Below the pieces are notes generated by a model, which was not told the origin of the DNA, did not search any database, and saw nothing but the letters and a program-made list of their open reading frames with translations. Of a stretch of 38,144 nt of DNA, positions 26,328 to 34,119 are shown piece after piece. This DNA comes from Deltaproteobacteria bacterium (GTDB lineage Bacteria > Bdellovibrionota > UBA1018 > UBA923). Made by a program: the position numbers and the translations under genes. The stretch is from assembly GCA_016194725.1 (NCBI GenBank), contig JACQAW010000260.1, forward strand, positions 1 to 38,144, read 5' to 3'. Position 1 is the stretch's first letter, and every line of letters starts with the position of its first letter.

Positions 26328-28943
26328 ATGAAATCCCTGAAAATAACGACTTTCGTGCTGAGCCTTGTTTTCGGCGCTCTTCACCTTTGCGGCTGCCAGT
26401 CACTCGAAGACCGGGCCGGCGAGGCGCTGATCGGTCAATTCAAAGGCGCTTGCGTTTCCAAGGGGCACTGGACTGACGCCGCTCTTGCGCAGAACCGCGC
26501 TTTGCAAGGTACGCTCGAAGAGCTCAAGAAGCTTGATCCGTGCAAAGGCTTCGACGCCCAGCTTGCAACTATTCAAGGACTCAGCGCGGATATCGATGGC
26601 GCGCTCTCGGACCCGGGCTTCAAGAACAACCTCCAAAACATGTCGAGTCTCACGGATCAGGTACTGACTCTTTTCAAGTACCCGCAGGCTTCGGCCGTTT
26701 CAGCCGCGGAACTTGGAAAAAATATCTTTAGAGGCATGCTGAATATAGGCAAACAGCAATCGGATCACAACAGCAATTTGAACGAACTGCAGATCGCGAG
26801 CCTTAAACGCAACTCCAACGAATTCATCAAAAAAACACAGGCCATGATGGCTGACATCAACGGCCTCCAGCAATGCCTTCTACAGTCACCGCGCGCCTCG
26901 ATTCAGCTGGCCTCGCAGCTCATGACGCTGGCCGGCGGCGCTTCTTCACCAGCCACAGGCGCATCAATCTCAGTGGCCAGCCAGCTGCTGAGCGGCGTGC
27001 TCGCCTCGCTCAGCGATAGCGCCCGCATCGATCGAACGCTCTACCAGTTTCAAAAAAACGATTTGCCCGAGGGTCTTACCTGCGCGATGGAGTCCATGAC
27101 CGAACTCTACTGCCAGGCCGAGGACGTTCGTGAGTTGCTAGAGTTTCAGGCCAGCAGCTATCAACAGCGGCGCGGCGCCGATTTTCCGGTCGAACCGATC
27201 TGGCGAGGCATGGACATCCTTACCCGGCGGCTTCCAGTAATCGCCGACATGCTCCGCCGCGTGCGCTACGGCAACGAACCCAGCGACAAGTACGACTCCG
27301 ACCGCAAGAGCAGCACCTTGACAAAAGCCATCATGCTCGAAAATCTCCGTCTCAAAATTCAAGGCCAGATCAACATGGATGAGAATATCTACAACCGCCT
27401 CGGGACCACGAGCGGCAACGCGGGCCAAGGCGATCTGGTGATGCAGCGCCAGGCGATCATGATCGGCCTGCTCAACCATCTTTCGGGCAGCCTCGGCGGG
27501 GGCTTTGGCGAGGAACAAAGCGAGTTCAAGATGCCCAGCGATCCCAAGCGCGTCGCCTGTATGCTGGCCTTTGATCCCGATCCCAACAAGTGCCCGGGCC
27601 TCGATACGGCGATCGACAGCACGCAGAGGCTTGAGCAGTATATCCGCAAATATTTCATTGACGGTCAGTTTCCGACCAACTTCCAAAAGATCCGGGCCAA
27701 TTGGAAAATCGTTTATAACCGGATCAATGATATGGTCAACGCCGAACTCGCGCAGCAGATCACGATCGACCCCAAGCTCACGGTCGTGAGCATCATGGAG
27801 CCTGCGGGGATAGACAATATCTCGCCTTACGATGCCTTGGTGAGAGTCGTCGAATTCGCGGACGATCTCGAAAAGATGCTCAACTCTGATGCGAGAGTCA
27901 ACTACGACCCGCTGCTCCCGCAAATTTTGGATGACACCAAGAAGCGGATCAACAATGTCTTGGACCTCGTAAAGAACAAGGCTGACCTCAGTCCCGGCGG
28001 ATCTCCTGAGTTGGACGACCAGGCCATCATCAAAAAAATATACGACGTGTTTCAGCTACGCATCGGAACTCAGTTCATCACGGATCGCATCAAGCAGCTG
28101 GTGGAATGGGATCTTAACCGGCGTCTCAAGCGCGGAGAGCTACCGGAAAACACCGCGGCGATTCTGGCCGCGGCCGGCGGACTGATGACCGACCAGATGG
28201 CTGGCAACACAACCGGCCTGGATCAGATCAAACTCGATATCGACCATGCCCAGGCGCTTACTCAAGCCAATATCAAGACGTTTCTGGAGTACTTTCGAGG
28301 CGGATCAAATACAGATGCGTTCGAGGATGCAACCCAGGCTCTTTTCCAGCAAGCGCAAGACGCGAAAGAGCCCCAGCACGGCCCCCGTCGTCCCAACCGC
28401 AATTCGCTTGCCGAGCTTTGTATTCTGGCCCTTACCTCGTTTGCAGGCGACCATCCGTGGGAGCTGACGATGGATGTGCCTTTCGTGGGTACAGGGAGTA
28501 AAGGACCAGCCGGATACCTCGATGCTTGTCGAGGTGCCTTTCTGGAAAGCGCTTATAGCTACAAGGACCAAGCCGTTCTCAATCCTAATGACGCTCCAAG
28601 CGTCGGCGGATTTCCGATGTCGCTCAGCTACAGCGAACTCTACGATTTTTTCAGCACGGGCCGAACCGGAACTAGCGAGACCGTGCAGAAAATCACCCAC
28701 TGGGAAGAAGATCATATCGATTCCAAGCTGAGAACCATTCCATATGTTGGAAGTTGGTTGGCCCCGCCGCCCGTCGGGACGCAGAACCCCGGGCTCTACG
28801 CCGAACTTTTCCACAATACAGTCGTTGGAGCAAAATCGGTCGGTGAGCAGGCCTATTACCGCAAGGTATGCACTTTTCATCGTTTCCTGCGCGCCGGCCG
28901 AATCATGGAGTCTTTCCCCGCGCTCGGCCTAAAAACGCCGTAA
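26328..28943 (+). CDS. Large lipoprotein of unknown function (871 aa)
   Basis: AGAGGAG RBS 7 nt upstream of ATG 26328. Lipoprotein signal MKSLKITTFVLSLVFGALHLCGC. Long, apparently mostly helical sequence with no motif I recognise. Confidence 0.7.
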   Translation: MKSLKITTFVLSLVFGALHLCGCQSLEDRAGEALIGQFKGACVSKGHWTDAALAQNRALQGTLEELKKLDPCKGFDAQLATIQGLSADIDGALSDPGFKNNLQNMSSLTDQVLTLFKYPQASAVSAAELGKNIFRGMLNIGKQQSDHNSNLNELQIASLKRNSNEFIKKTQAMMADINGLQQCLLQSPRASIQLASQLMTLAGGASSPATGASISVASQLLSGVLASLSDSARIDRTLYQFQKNDLPEGLTCAMESMTELYCQAEDVRELLEFQASSYQQRRGADFPVEPIWRGMDILTRRLPVIADMLRRVRYGNEPSDKYDSDRKSSTLTKAIMLENLRLKIQGQINMDENIYNRLGTTSGNAGQGDLVMQRQAIMIGLLNHLSGSLGGGFGEEQSEFKMPSDPKRVACMLAFDPDPNKCPGLDTAIDSTQRLEQYIRKYFIDGQFPTNFQKIRANWKIVYNRINDMVNAELAQQITIDPKLTVVSIMEPAGIDNISPYDALVRVVEFADDLEKMLNSDARVNYDPLLPQILDDTKKRINNVLDLVKNKADLSPGGSPELDDQAIIKKIYDVFQLRIGTQFITDRIKQLVEWDLNRRLKRGELPENTAAILAAAGGLMTDQMAGNTTGLDQIKLDIDHAQALTQANIKTFLEYFRGGSNTDAFEDATQALFQQAQDAKEPQHGPRRPNRNSLAELCILALTSFAGDHPWELTMDVPFVGTGSKGPAGYLDACRGAFLESAYSYKDQAVLNPNDAPSVGGFPMSLSYSELYDFFSTGRTGTSETVQKITHWEEDHIDSKLRTIPYVGSWLAPPPVGTQNPGLYAELFHNTVVGAKSVGEQAYYRKVCTFHRFLRAGRIMESFPALGLKTP

Positions 28944-28967
28944 AGCCGGTTGGTCGCGGAAAAACCA

Positions 28968-30047
28968 TCATTGTCCTGGATCGGACAGGAAGCCATCGTT
29001 AAAATAATCGTTGTACGCTTCGGTGCGCTTTTCCAGATGTTGCTTGAGTACGGATTGCGAGACTTTCATAAGATACTCTGGCTTGGTTGATCCAGGTGGC
29101 GTGATCTCGCGCAGTAATGTGAAGCCATACTCCACTTCGAAGTGCTGCCGAAGCGTGGGACTCGCGGTGTGAATCACATAGACCGCGTCGGTGTAAACAT
29201 CCACGAAACGGTGGAGCAGCCAATATTCGATGGAGTCCCGGGTCTGGGTTCTGATCTCGGGCGACAGTCCTTTTTGAAGAATAAACTTCCCGATTTCGAA
29301 AAGATGCGGCGAACTTCGTCTCAGTGCCTCGATCTCAGGAACATCCACTCCCCGTTTTTCGAACATGCGTTCCATGGGAGTACGCGGGTCCCCTTTGGAT
29401 TCTGGCCGGATTGAGCCGTCAAACACCCTCATGGTGCCCAGGGATACTGTCTTCCAGATGCCCGGGGGCTGCCCACTCGCCAGTACGTCCACTTTGCCCA
29501 ATCGATTGATCGGAAGGCTGGCGTCAACCTCCTTGACTGTATTGACCAGCTCGGATGGATATAGTTTTTCGTACTCATCCCAGCTTGTTCCGCCAAAATG
29601 ATCTTTGCCGTACTGATCCCAGCTCATGCCGCCGGTATGGCCCTGGATGTTTTTCAAATTGGGTTTGTCGTAATGCGGCACGGATTTGTACGGGATCATC
29701 CAGCGAGCTGGGGGGATATGATAGTCCATGTACACAGCGTAGTGCACCCATTCGATCTGTTCCTTTTCGATGTGGACTTGGTCCTCGCTTGGCCACACGG
29801 GTTCAAAAACCTGCGAAACCATTTGACCCAGAACGCGGTTAGTATCCTTGCCAGAACGAAACGCGGGTTTCGTCAGAATGTCAGAGCAATCGATGCGCGA
29901 AGGAATTTTGCTCGACTGTGCCTGTACCGGCAAAATTGACGCAAAAAAGAGAGCAATAGGAAAAAAATTCCCCATTAGGACCAACCACATGCCACCCTTA
30001 TCGTCAGATATCCGGATGCTCTGCACAGATACTCTCAGCCCAGTCAA
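28968..30047 (-). CDS. Exported protein of unknown function with internal 13-aa tandem repeat
   Basis: Hydrophobic signal/anchor MWLVLMGNFFPIALFFASILPVQAQ. The start is ambiguous (TTG 30047 two nt after the TetR stop, or ATG 29990/29975). Tandem GGMSWDQYGKDHF / GGTSWDEYEKLYP. Confidence 0.6.
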   Translation of the reverse strand: MTGLRVSVQSIRISDDKGGMWLVLMGNFFPIALFFASILPVQAQSSKIPSRIDCSDILTKPAFRSGKDTNRVLGQMVSQVFEPVWPSEDQVHIEKEQIEWVHYAVYMDYHIPPARWMIPYKSVPHYDKPNLKNIQGHTGGMSWDQYGKDHFGGTSWDEYEKLYPSELVNTVKEVDASLPINRLGKVDVLASGQPPGIWKTVSLGTMRVFDGSIRPESKGDPRTPMERMFEKRGVDVPEIEALRRSSPHLFEIGKFILQKGLSPEIRTQTRDSIEYWLLHRFVDVYTDAVYVIHTASPTLRQHFEVEYGFTLLREITPPGSTKPEYLMKVSQSVLKQHLEKRTEAYNDYFNDGFLSDPGQ

Positions 30048-30049
30048 GG

Positions 30050-30730
30050 TTACCCCCGGGGTACCTTTTTAAGCACCGCACCAACGCCAGTCACGGATGC
30101 GATCAATTCATCCCACTTAGCCTTTAAACGTTTCAAGTGGGCTTTATTGTCCTTCAGATGTTTCCGAGTCGTAAGCCAGGTCAAGATGCCGGCAAGCAGG
30201 CTGTCATGGAGTGTCTCGGCACACACGGCAATATCGATTTTCAGATGAAACAGCTGTTCTCGTTGGCCGGCGAGCAGAAAAGCCCTGATTTTTTCGCGAG
30301 CCACCTGTAAAACCTGAATATTGAGTGCTGCAAATCCAGGGTCAAAAGCTGCAAGGGAGTACAAAAGCAAAATGATCTGCGCCTCTTCGGGTGAGTCTGT
30401 TGCCCATTTGAGATTCGAGTGAAAATGCTTTCGCAACCGAATGAGTGCGTCGTCCTCTGCCGCCACCTGAGTTTCAACCACCGCTTTGTTACGCGTCTGA
30501 ATCAGGCTAATGCAGCCCTCAAAGAGCTTTGTTTTATTTGGGAAGTAATACATGACGGCAGATTGGCTCACGCCAAGCTTATCGGCGATAGCCTGCAGGC
30601 TGGTGGACATAAACCCTCGGACAGCAAAGAGATCAATCGCGGCACCCAGGATCTGATTTGAGGTTACTCGATCATCCCCGGCTTTCCGCCCTTTGCCACG
30701 CTCTCCCCGCCGCCTTTTCTTGACTGTCAT
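30050..30730 (-). CDS. TetR-family transcriptional regulator
   Basis: Typical TetR HTH ILGAAIDLFAVRGFMSTSLQAIADKLGVSQSAVMYYFPNK after a Lys/Arg-rich N-terminal tail, with a helical ligand domain. Confidence 0.9.
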   Translation of the reverse strand: MTVKKRRRGERGKGRKAGDDRVTSNQILGAAIDLFAVRGFMSTSLQAIADKLGVSQSAVMYYFPNKTKLFEGCISLIQTRNKAVVETQVAAEDDALIRLRKHFHSNLKWATDSPEEAQIILLLYSLAAFDPGFAALNIQVLQVAREKIRAFLLAGQREQLFHLKIDIAVCAETLHDSLLAGILTWLTTRKHLKDNKAHLKRLKAKWDELIASVTGVGAVLKKVPRG

Positions 30731-30765
30731 GTAGAAATACTATCACTAACGCCCACTATTATTAA

Positions 30766-30782
30766 AAAATGTATTACATTTT
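30766..30782. promoter_or_regulatory. 17-nt AT-rich palindrome AAAATGTA-T-TACATTTT
   Basis: Perfect 8-bp arms, 36 nt upstream of the TetR start codon. Confidence 0.4.
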
Positions 30783-30820
30783 ATTTGACTCATAGCATCA
30801 TGCGCGCTACACAGTGTTCT

Positions 30821-30836
30821 TTTCGAAATATCGAAA
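30821..30836. promoter_or_regulatory. 16-bp perfect palindrome TTTCGA-AATA-TCGAAA (candidate TetR operator)
   Basis: Read directly from the sequence. It lies between the TetR gene and the divergent small secreted-protein gene, 62 nt upstream of ATG 30898. Confidence 0.45.
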
Positions 30837-30897
30837 CACATCGCCTTTGAATAAAAAACTGAGGCCTAAAACTAAAGTAACGAGAAGGAAGCACTAA

Positions 30898-31179
30898 ATG
30901 AAAATTACTACCGCAATATTAATGCTGTTTGTCGGAATTTCACTCATCCAGACTGAGGCTCAGGCCGATGCAATCTGGGCCTGCCACACTGGAGAAGGTA
31001 CCTTATATCCTGGCAACTACTTTGGTGTTCACAGTCATGTAACTCTGGACAAAAAATATTTTACGGTCACGGAAATTAAACGATTAAGTGAATACAAAAT
31101 CGCAGTCTACTTGTCGTCAGAAGGATATCCGGTATTTCAAACCACATTTGAATGCTTTAAGGAAGGCTGGAAATACTAG
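30898..31179 (+). CDS. Small secreted two-Cys protein, unknown function
   Basis: GAAGGAAG RBS and signal peptide MKITTAILMLFVGISLIQTEAQA. The mature protein is about 70 aa, with Cys near both ends (WACHTG ... FECFKEG). Confidence 0.6.
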   Translation: MKITTAILMLFVGISLIQTEAQADAIWACHTGEGTLYPGNYFGVHSHVTLDKKYFTVTEIKRLSEYKIAVYLSSEGYPVFQTTFECFKEGWKY

Positions 31180-31546
31180 CACCTTGGATCAAGGCACATA
31201 AAAGCGTGCCCTATGATAAAGTAGGCATCGCCCCCCGAAAACAGGCCGGCCTTGATCGAGTTGCGCGCAACATCGACCATTAATGAACGTTTTCATTTCG
31301 CGCGCTGGTTTTCCGCGCGGGGCGATGGGTCCTCGCGCGTGATTTAGGCATCATTGAATCTGCACTCTCAAATTGTTCGCCTCGTATGTCACATCGAAAT
31401 TCCGGCTCGCACCTCACCGCCAAACTTACGCACGCCACCCATCCGCAACCACGCCCTCTTTCCAACAAACTCCCAAAATTCCCCGCAAATTCGCGAAAGG
31501 GGCAAAAATTTCCATACCAAATCAGCCATTTAGCGAATGGCCTGGA

Positions 31547-31568
31547 CTTACGCATAACTTACGCATAA
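31547..31568 (+). promoter_or_regulatory. Tandem 11-bp repeat CTTACGCATAA x2 (candidate LexA operator)
   Basis: Exact tandem at 31547-31557 and 31558-31568, ending 2 nt before a TTTAAT -10-like hexamer (31571-31576) and 46 nt before the lexA ATG. A third ACTTACGCA copy is at 31424-31432. Confidence 0.4.
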
Positions 31569-31613
31569 GCTTTAATCATGACCAGACAAGGCGATAGCCG
31601 TGGCGAGAATTTG

Positions 31614-32261
31614 ATGACGCTGCCGATTCTGACACCCAAGCAAAAAGACATTCTCGACTACATCACCAAGTTCAGCGGCAAGCACGGCTACGCACCTTCG
31701 CAGCACGAGATCGCGAAGCACTTTGGATTTAAATCTTTGGGGACCGTCCAGAACTATCTGGTTCGGCTGGAGCGCCAGGGCGCCTTGCGTAAAACCTGGA
31801 ATGCCCGCCGCGGAACGCAGGTGGTTGCTCCACAACCTCAGTACTCGGAAGGCAGGAAGCCCGAGAGTGCTCTAACGGCGGTCTCCCTTCCTTTACTCGG
31901 TCGCGTCGCGGCCGGTCGGCCCATCGAAGCGGTGCAAAGCGATGAGACAATCGACGTACCAGCCACCATGATCAAAGCGGGTTCGCACTTCGTACTGAAA
32001 GTAAAAGGCGATTCGATGATCGAAGACGGCATTCTCGATGGCGACTACGTGGTCATCAAGAAACAGCTCACGGCCGAAAACGGCCAGACCGTCGTGGCGC
32101 TCATCAATAACGAAGCGACGATCAAAACTTATTACAACAAGGGCTCAAAAGTTGAGCTCCATCCACAAAATTCAAAATACAAGCCAATCATCATAGAGTC
32201 CGACGCGGACGACTTCAAGATCGAAGGCATTCTCAAGGGAGTGATTCGTCTATGTCGCTAG
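31614..32261 (+). CDS. lexA: LexA repressor
   Basis: Winged-HTH N-terminus (LTPKQKDILDYI...PSQHEIAKHFGF...VQNYLVRLERQG), Ala-Gly cleavage site (GRVAAGRP), and Ser/Lys dyad motifs (VKGDSM; ATIKTY). ATG 31578 is an alternative start. Confidence 0.9.
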   Translation: MTLPILTPKQKDILDYITKFSGKHGYAPSQHEIAKHFGFKSLGTVQNYLVRLERQGALRKTWNARRGTQVVAPQPQYSEGRKPESALTAVSLPLLGRVAAGRPIEAVQSDETIDVPATMIKAGSHFVLKVKGDSMIEDGILDGDYVVIKKQLTAENGQTVVALINNEATIKTYYNKGSKVELHPQNSKYKPIIIESDADDFKIEGILKGVIRLCR

Positions 32262-32755
32262 CAAAATTGGCTGAACTGCGTACGCTCATCACGCCACGCA
32301 AACGGGAGTCTTTTGTCTTCTCGGAATTTCAGAACGGAATTCCACGCGGTGCCGTCACCGAGCTGAGCGGCGCGCACGGCAGCGGTAAAACCCGAATGGC
32401 CCTGAAGCTCATCGCGGAAAACCCCAGCGTGCACGTGGCCTGGGTTGAAGACCAGTTCACGGCCTACCCCTGCGCTTTTCCACAGCAGGGCGTGCAGCTT
32501 GGCCGAGTGCTTTTCGCCGAGGCGGAAGACCAGGCCCTGTGGACCGCCAATCAGATGCTCCGGAGCGGCATCTTCGGCATCGTCGTCATTAACACTCGCC
32601 CGCTCGAGCAGATCGAGCTGCGCAGGCTGCAGCTCGCCGCCGAACAGGCGAACACAGCTGTTCTTCTTTTGTCCGAAGACCCGACCATCGAGGGAGCGTG
32701 GCCCATCGCGCTTCAATTACAAATCAACCGTGGATCGCCAAGGAGGCTGAAATGA
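32252..32755 (+). CDS. imuA: ImuA (RecA/SulA-like component of the imuA-imuB-dnaE2 cassette)
   Basis: 167 aa with a P-loop-like GAHGSGKT in a RecA-like core. Positioned between lexA (10-nt overlap) and imuB (ATGA overlap). Confidence 0.75.
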   Translation: MSLAKLAELRTLITPRKRESFVFSEFQNGIPRGAVTELSGAHGSGKTRMALKLIAENPSVHVAWVEDQFTAYPCAFPQQGVQLGRVLFAEAEDQALWTANQMLRSGIFGIVVINTRPLEQIELRRLQLAAEQANTAVLLLSEDPTIEGAWPIALQLQINRGSPRRLK

Positions 32756-34104
32756 ATGAACGCATTGCATGTATTTTAGTCAAAGGCACAGCACCGCTAA
32801 TGGAATTAGCAGAAGCCTGTTATCGTTTTAGCCCTCAAATCGCCGTACGGGAGGCGGAGCCCCCCCGCGAGCCCGGCGGAAAATCGACGTCAGCCATTTT
32901 TCTCGAAATCGGCAAGTGCACTAACCTCTACAGCGAGAACACTTTGTTTCTGCGATTGGCCGTGCTGGTACAACGCTTTGGCGTCGTCGCGCAGATCGGA
33001 CTGGCCGACGACGTTCCCACCGCGCTGGCCATGGCACGCTTCGGGCTTAAACAAAAAGACAAGCTGCCACTCGAAGCGCTCTTCGATTACGCCAGCCCCT
33101 TTAAATACGACGACGCGGTTCACAAGAAAATCCTGGGCATGATCGTCACCATGCGAATGCTGGGGCTGGAAAAGCTCGACGACTTCGCCAAGCTGGCCAC
33201 CCGGCAGCTGGCCTCGCGTTTTGGCTCCGACGGTGTCGAGCTCAGCATGCGCATCCAGAAAAAATCCATCCTTGCCTGGCCACGCTTCACGCCCGCCGAA
33301 AAAATCATCGAGAAGGTCGAGCTGCACGAGCTTGCGGAATTCCAGAGCTGCACCGATCTTGAGCCGCTGCTCTTCATTCTGAAATCAGCCGCCGATCGCG
33401 CCATGGCGCGGCTGCGCGGAAGAGCGCAACGGGTCAGCACGCTGCACCTATTGCTCGATCTGGAAAAGGGACAGCGCGAGTGGAAAATCGAGCTGCCGGT
33501 GCCGCAAGGGTCGACCAGCGGCCTGCTGCCCATTCTGCGCGAGCGCCTGAACCATGACTTCGCGAAAGCGCCGCTCGAAAAATCGATCGTACGCGTGTCG
33601 CTGACCGTACTTGAAACCGTGCCGTCCCATCGCGGGCAGCGCGACCTGTTTCAAACCACGGGCGATGCCAACGAAGCCTGGGATGCGCTGGTCGGGCGCT
33701 TGTGCCAGCGGCTTGGCAAAGACAAGGCATTCGTGGCGAACCTGGCCGAAGATTATCTGCCCGAGCGTGCCTGGCAACGCGCGCTCGAAGCGCTGGACAA
33801 GTTGCCTACCGAAATTCCGCCGAGGCCCGCACGCGTGTTGAAAAAACCTGTTCCCTTGCACAAAGAAGGCATCTTTCTCGTCCCAAGCATGAAACGGGGA
33901 ACCGTTCCCAAGAAAGCGCCAAAAAAGTGGCGCATCGCCGAGTGGCACGGGCCTGAAAGAATTTCAGTGGAATGGTGGATGGACCCGCAGCTGCAAGGCT
34001 TCAACCGCGATTATTACCGGCTCGTCACCGAGGGTGGTGACCAGCTGTGGGTGTTCTCGGTGCCCGCACGCGGGGATTATTACCTGCACGGCTACTTCGA
34101 TTGA
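32752..34104 (+). CDS. imuB: ImuB (catalytically inactive Y-family polymerase-like protein)
   Basis: 450 aa. Called mainly from its position between imuA and dnaE2 and its size. GGAGG RBS before ATG 32752 (MNERIACILV). Confidence 0.75.
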   Translation: MNERIACILVKGTAPLMELAEACYRFSPQIAVREAEPPREPGGKSTSAIFLEIGKCTNLYSENTLFLRLAVLVQRFGVVAQIGLADDVPTALAMARFGLKQKDKLPLEALFDYASPFKYDDAVHKKILGMIVTMRMLGLEKLDDFAKLATRQLASRFGSDGVELSMRIQKKSILAWPRFTPAEKIIEKVELHELAEFQSCTDLEPLLFILKSAADRAMARLRGRAQRVSTLHLLLDLEKGQREWKIELPVPQGSTSGLLPILRERLNHDFAKAPLEKSIVRVSLTVLETVPSHRGQRDLFQTTGDANEAWDALVGRLCQRLGKDKAFVANLAEDYLPERAWQRALEALDKLPTEIPPRPARVLKKPVPLHKEGIFLVPSMKRGTVPKKAPKKWRIAEWHGPERISVEWWMDPQLQGFNRDYYRLVTEGGDQLWVFSVPARGDYYLHGYFD

Positions 34105-34119
34105 TGAAACCAGTGGCCA

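Noticed and set aside
27138-27923. Long antisense ORFs inside confident genes (this one, plus 9823..10551, 15236..15829, 1570..2121, 13511..14167, 19720..20352, 21790..22314, 33448..33948, 36265..36804 and others)
   Set aside because: All lie opposite genes with clear family motifs or signal peptides. They lack RBS-like sequences and have Arg/Gly/Ala-biased compositions, as expected for stop-poor antisense frames at about 60% GC.
31282-31297. AATGAACGTTTTCATT as a possible Gram-positive-type (GAAC-N4-GTTC) LexA box
   Set aside because: After GAAC plus 4 nt the sequence reads TCAT, not GTTC. It lies more than 300 nt from the lexA start. I kept it only as one of several palindromes in the leader.
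31280-31555. 91-aa minus-strand ORF in the lexA upstream region
   Set aside because: It has no RBS, a Cys/Arg/Gly-rich odd composition and no motif. It overlaps the repeat-bearing promoter region, which I treat as non-coding.
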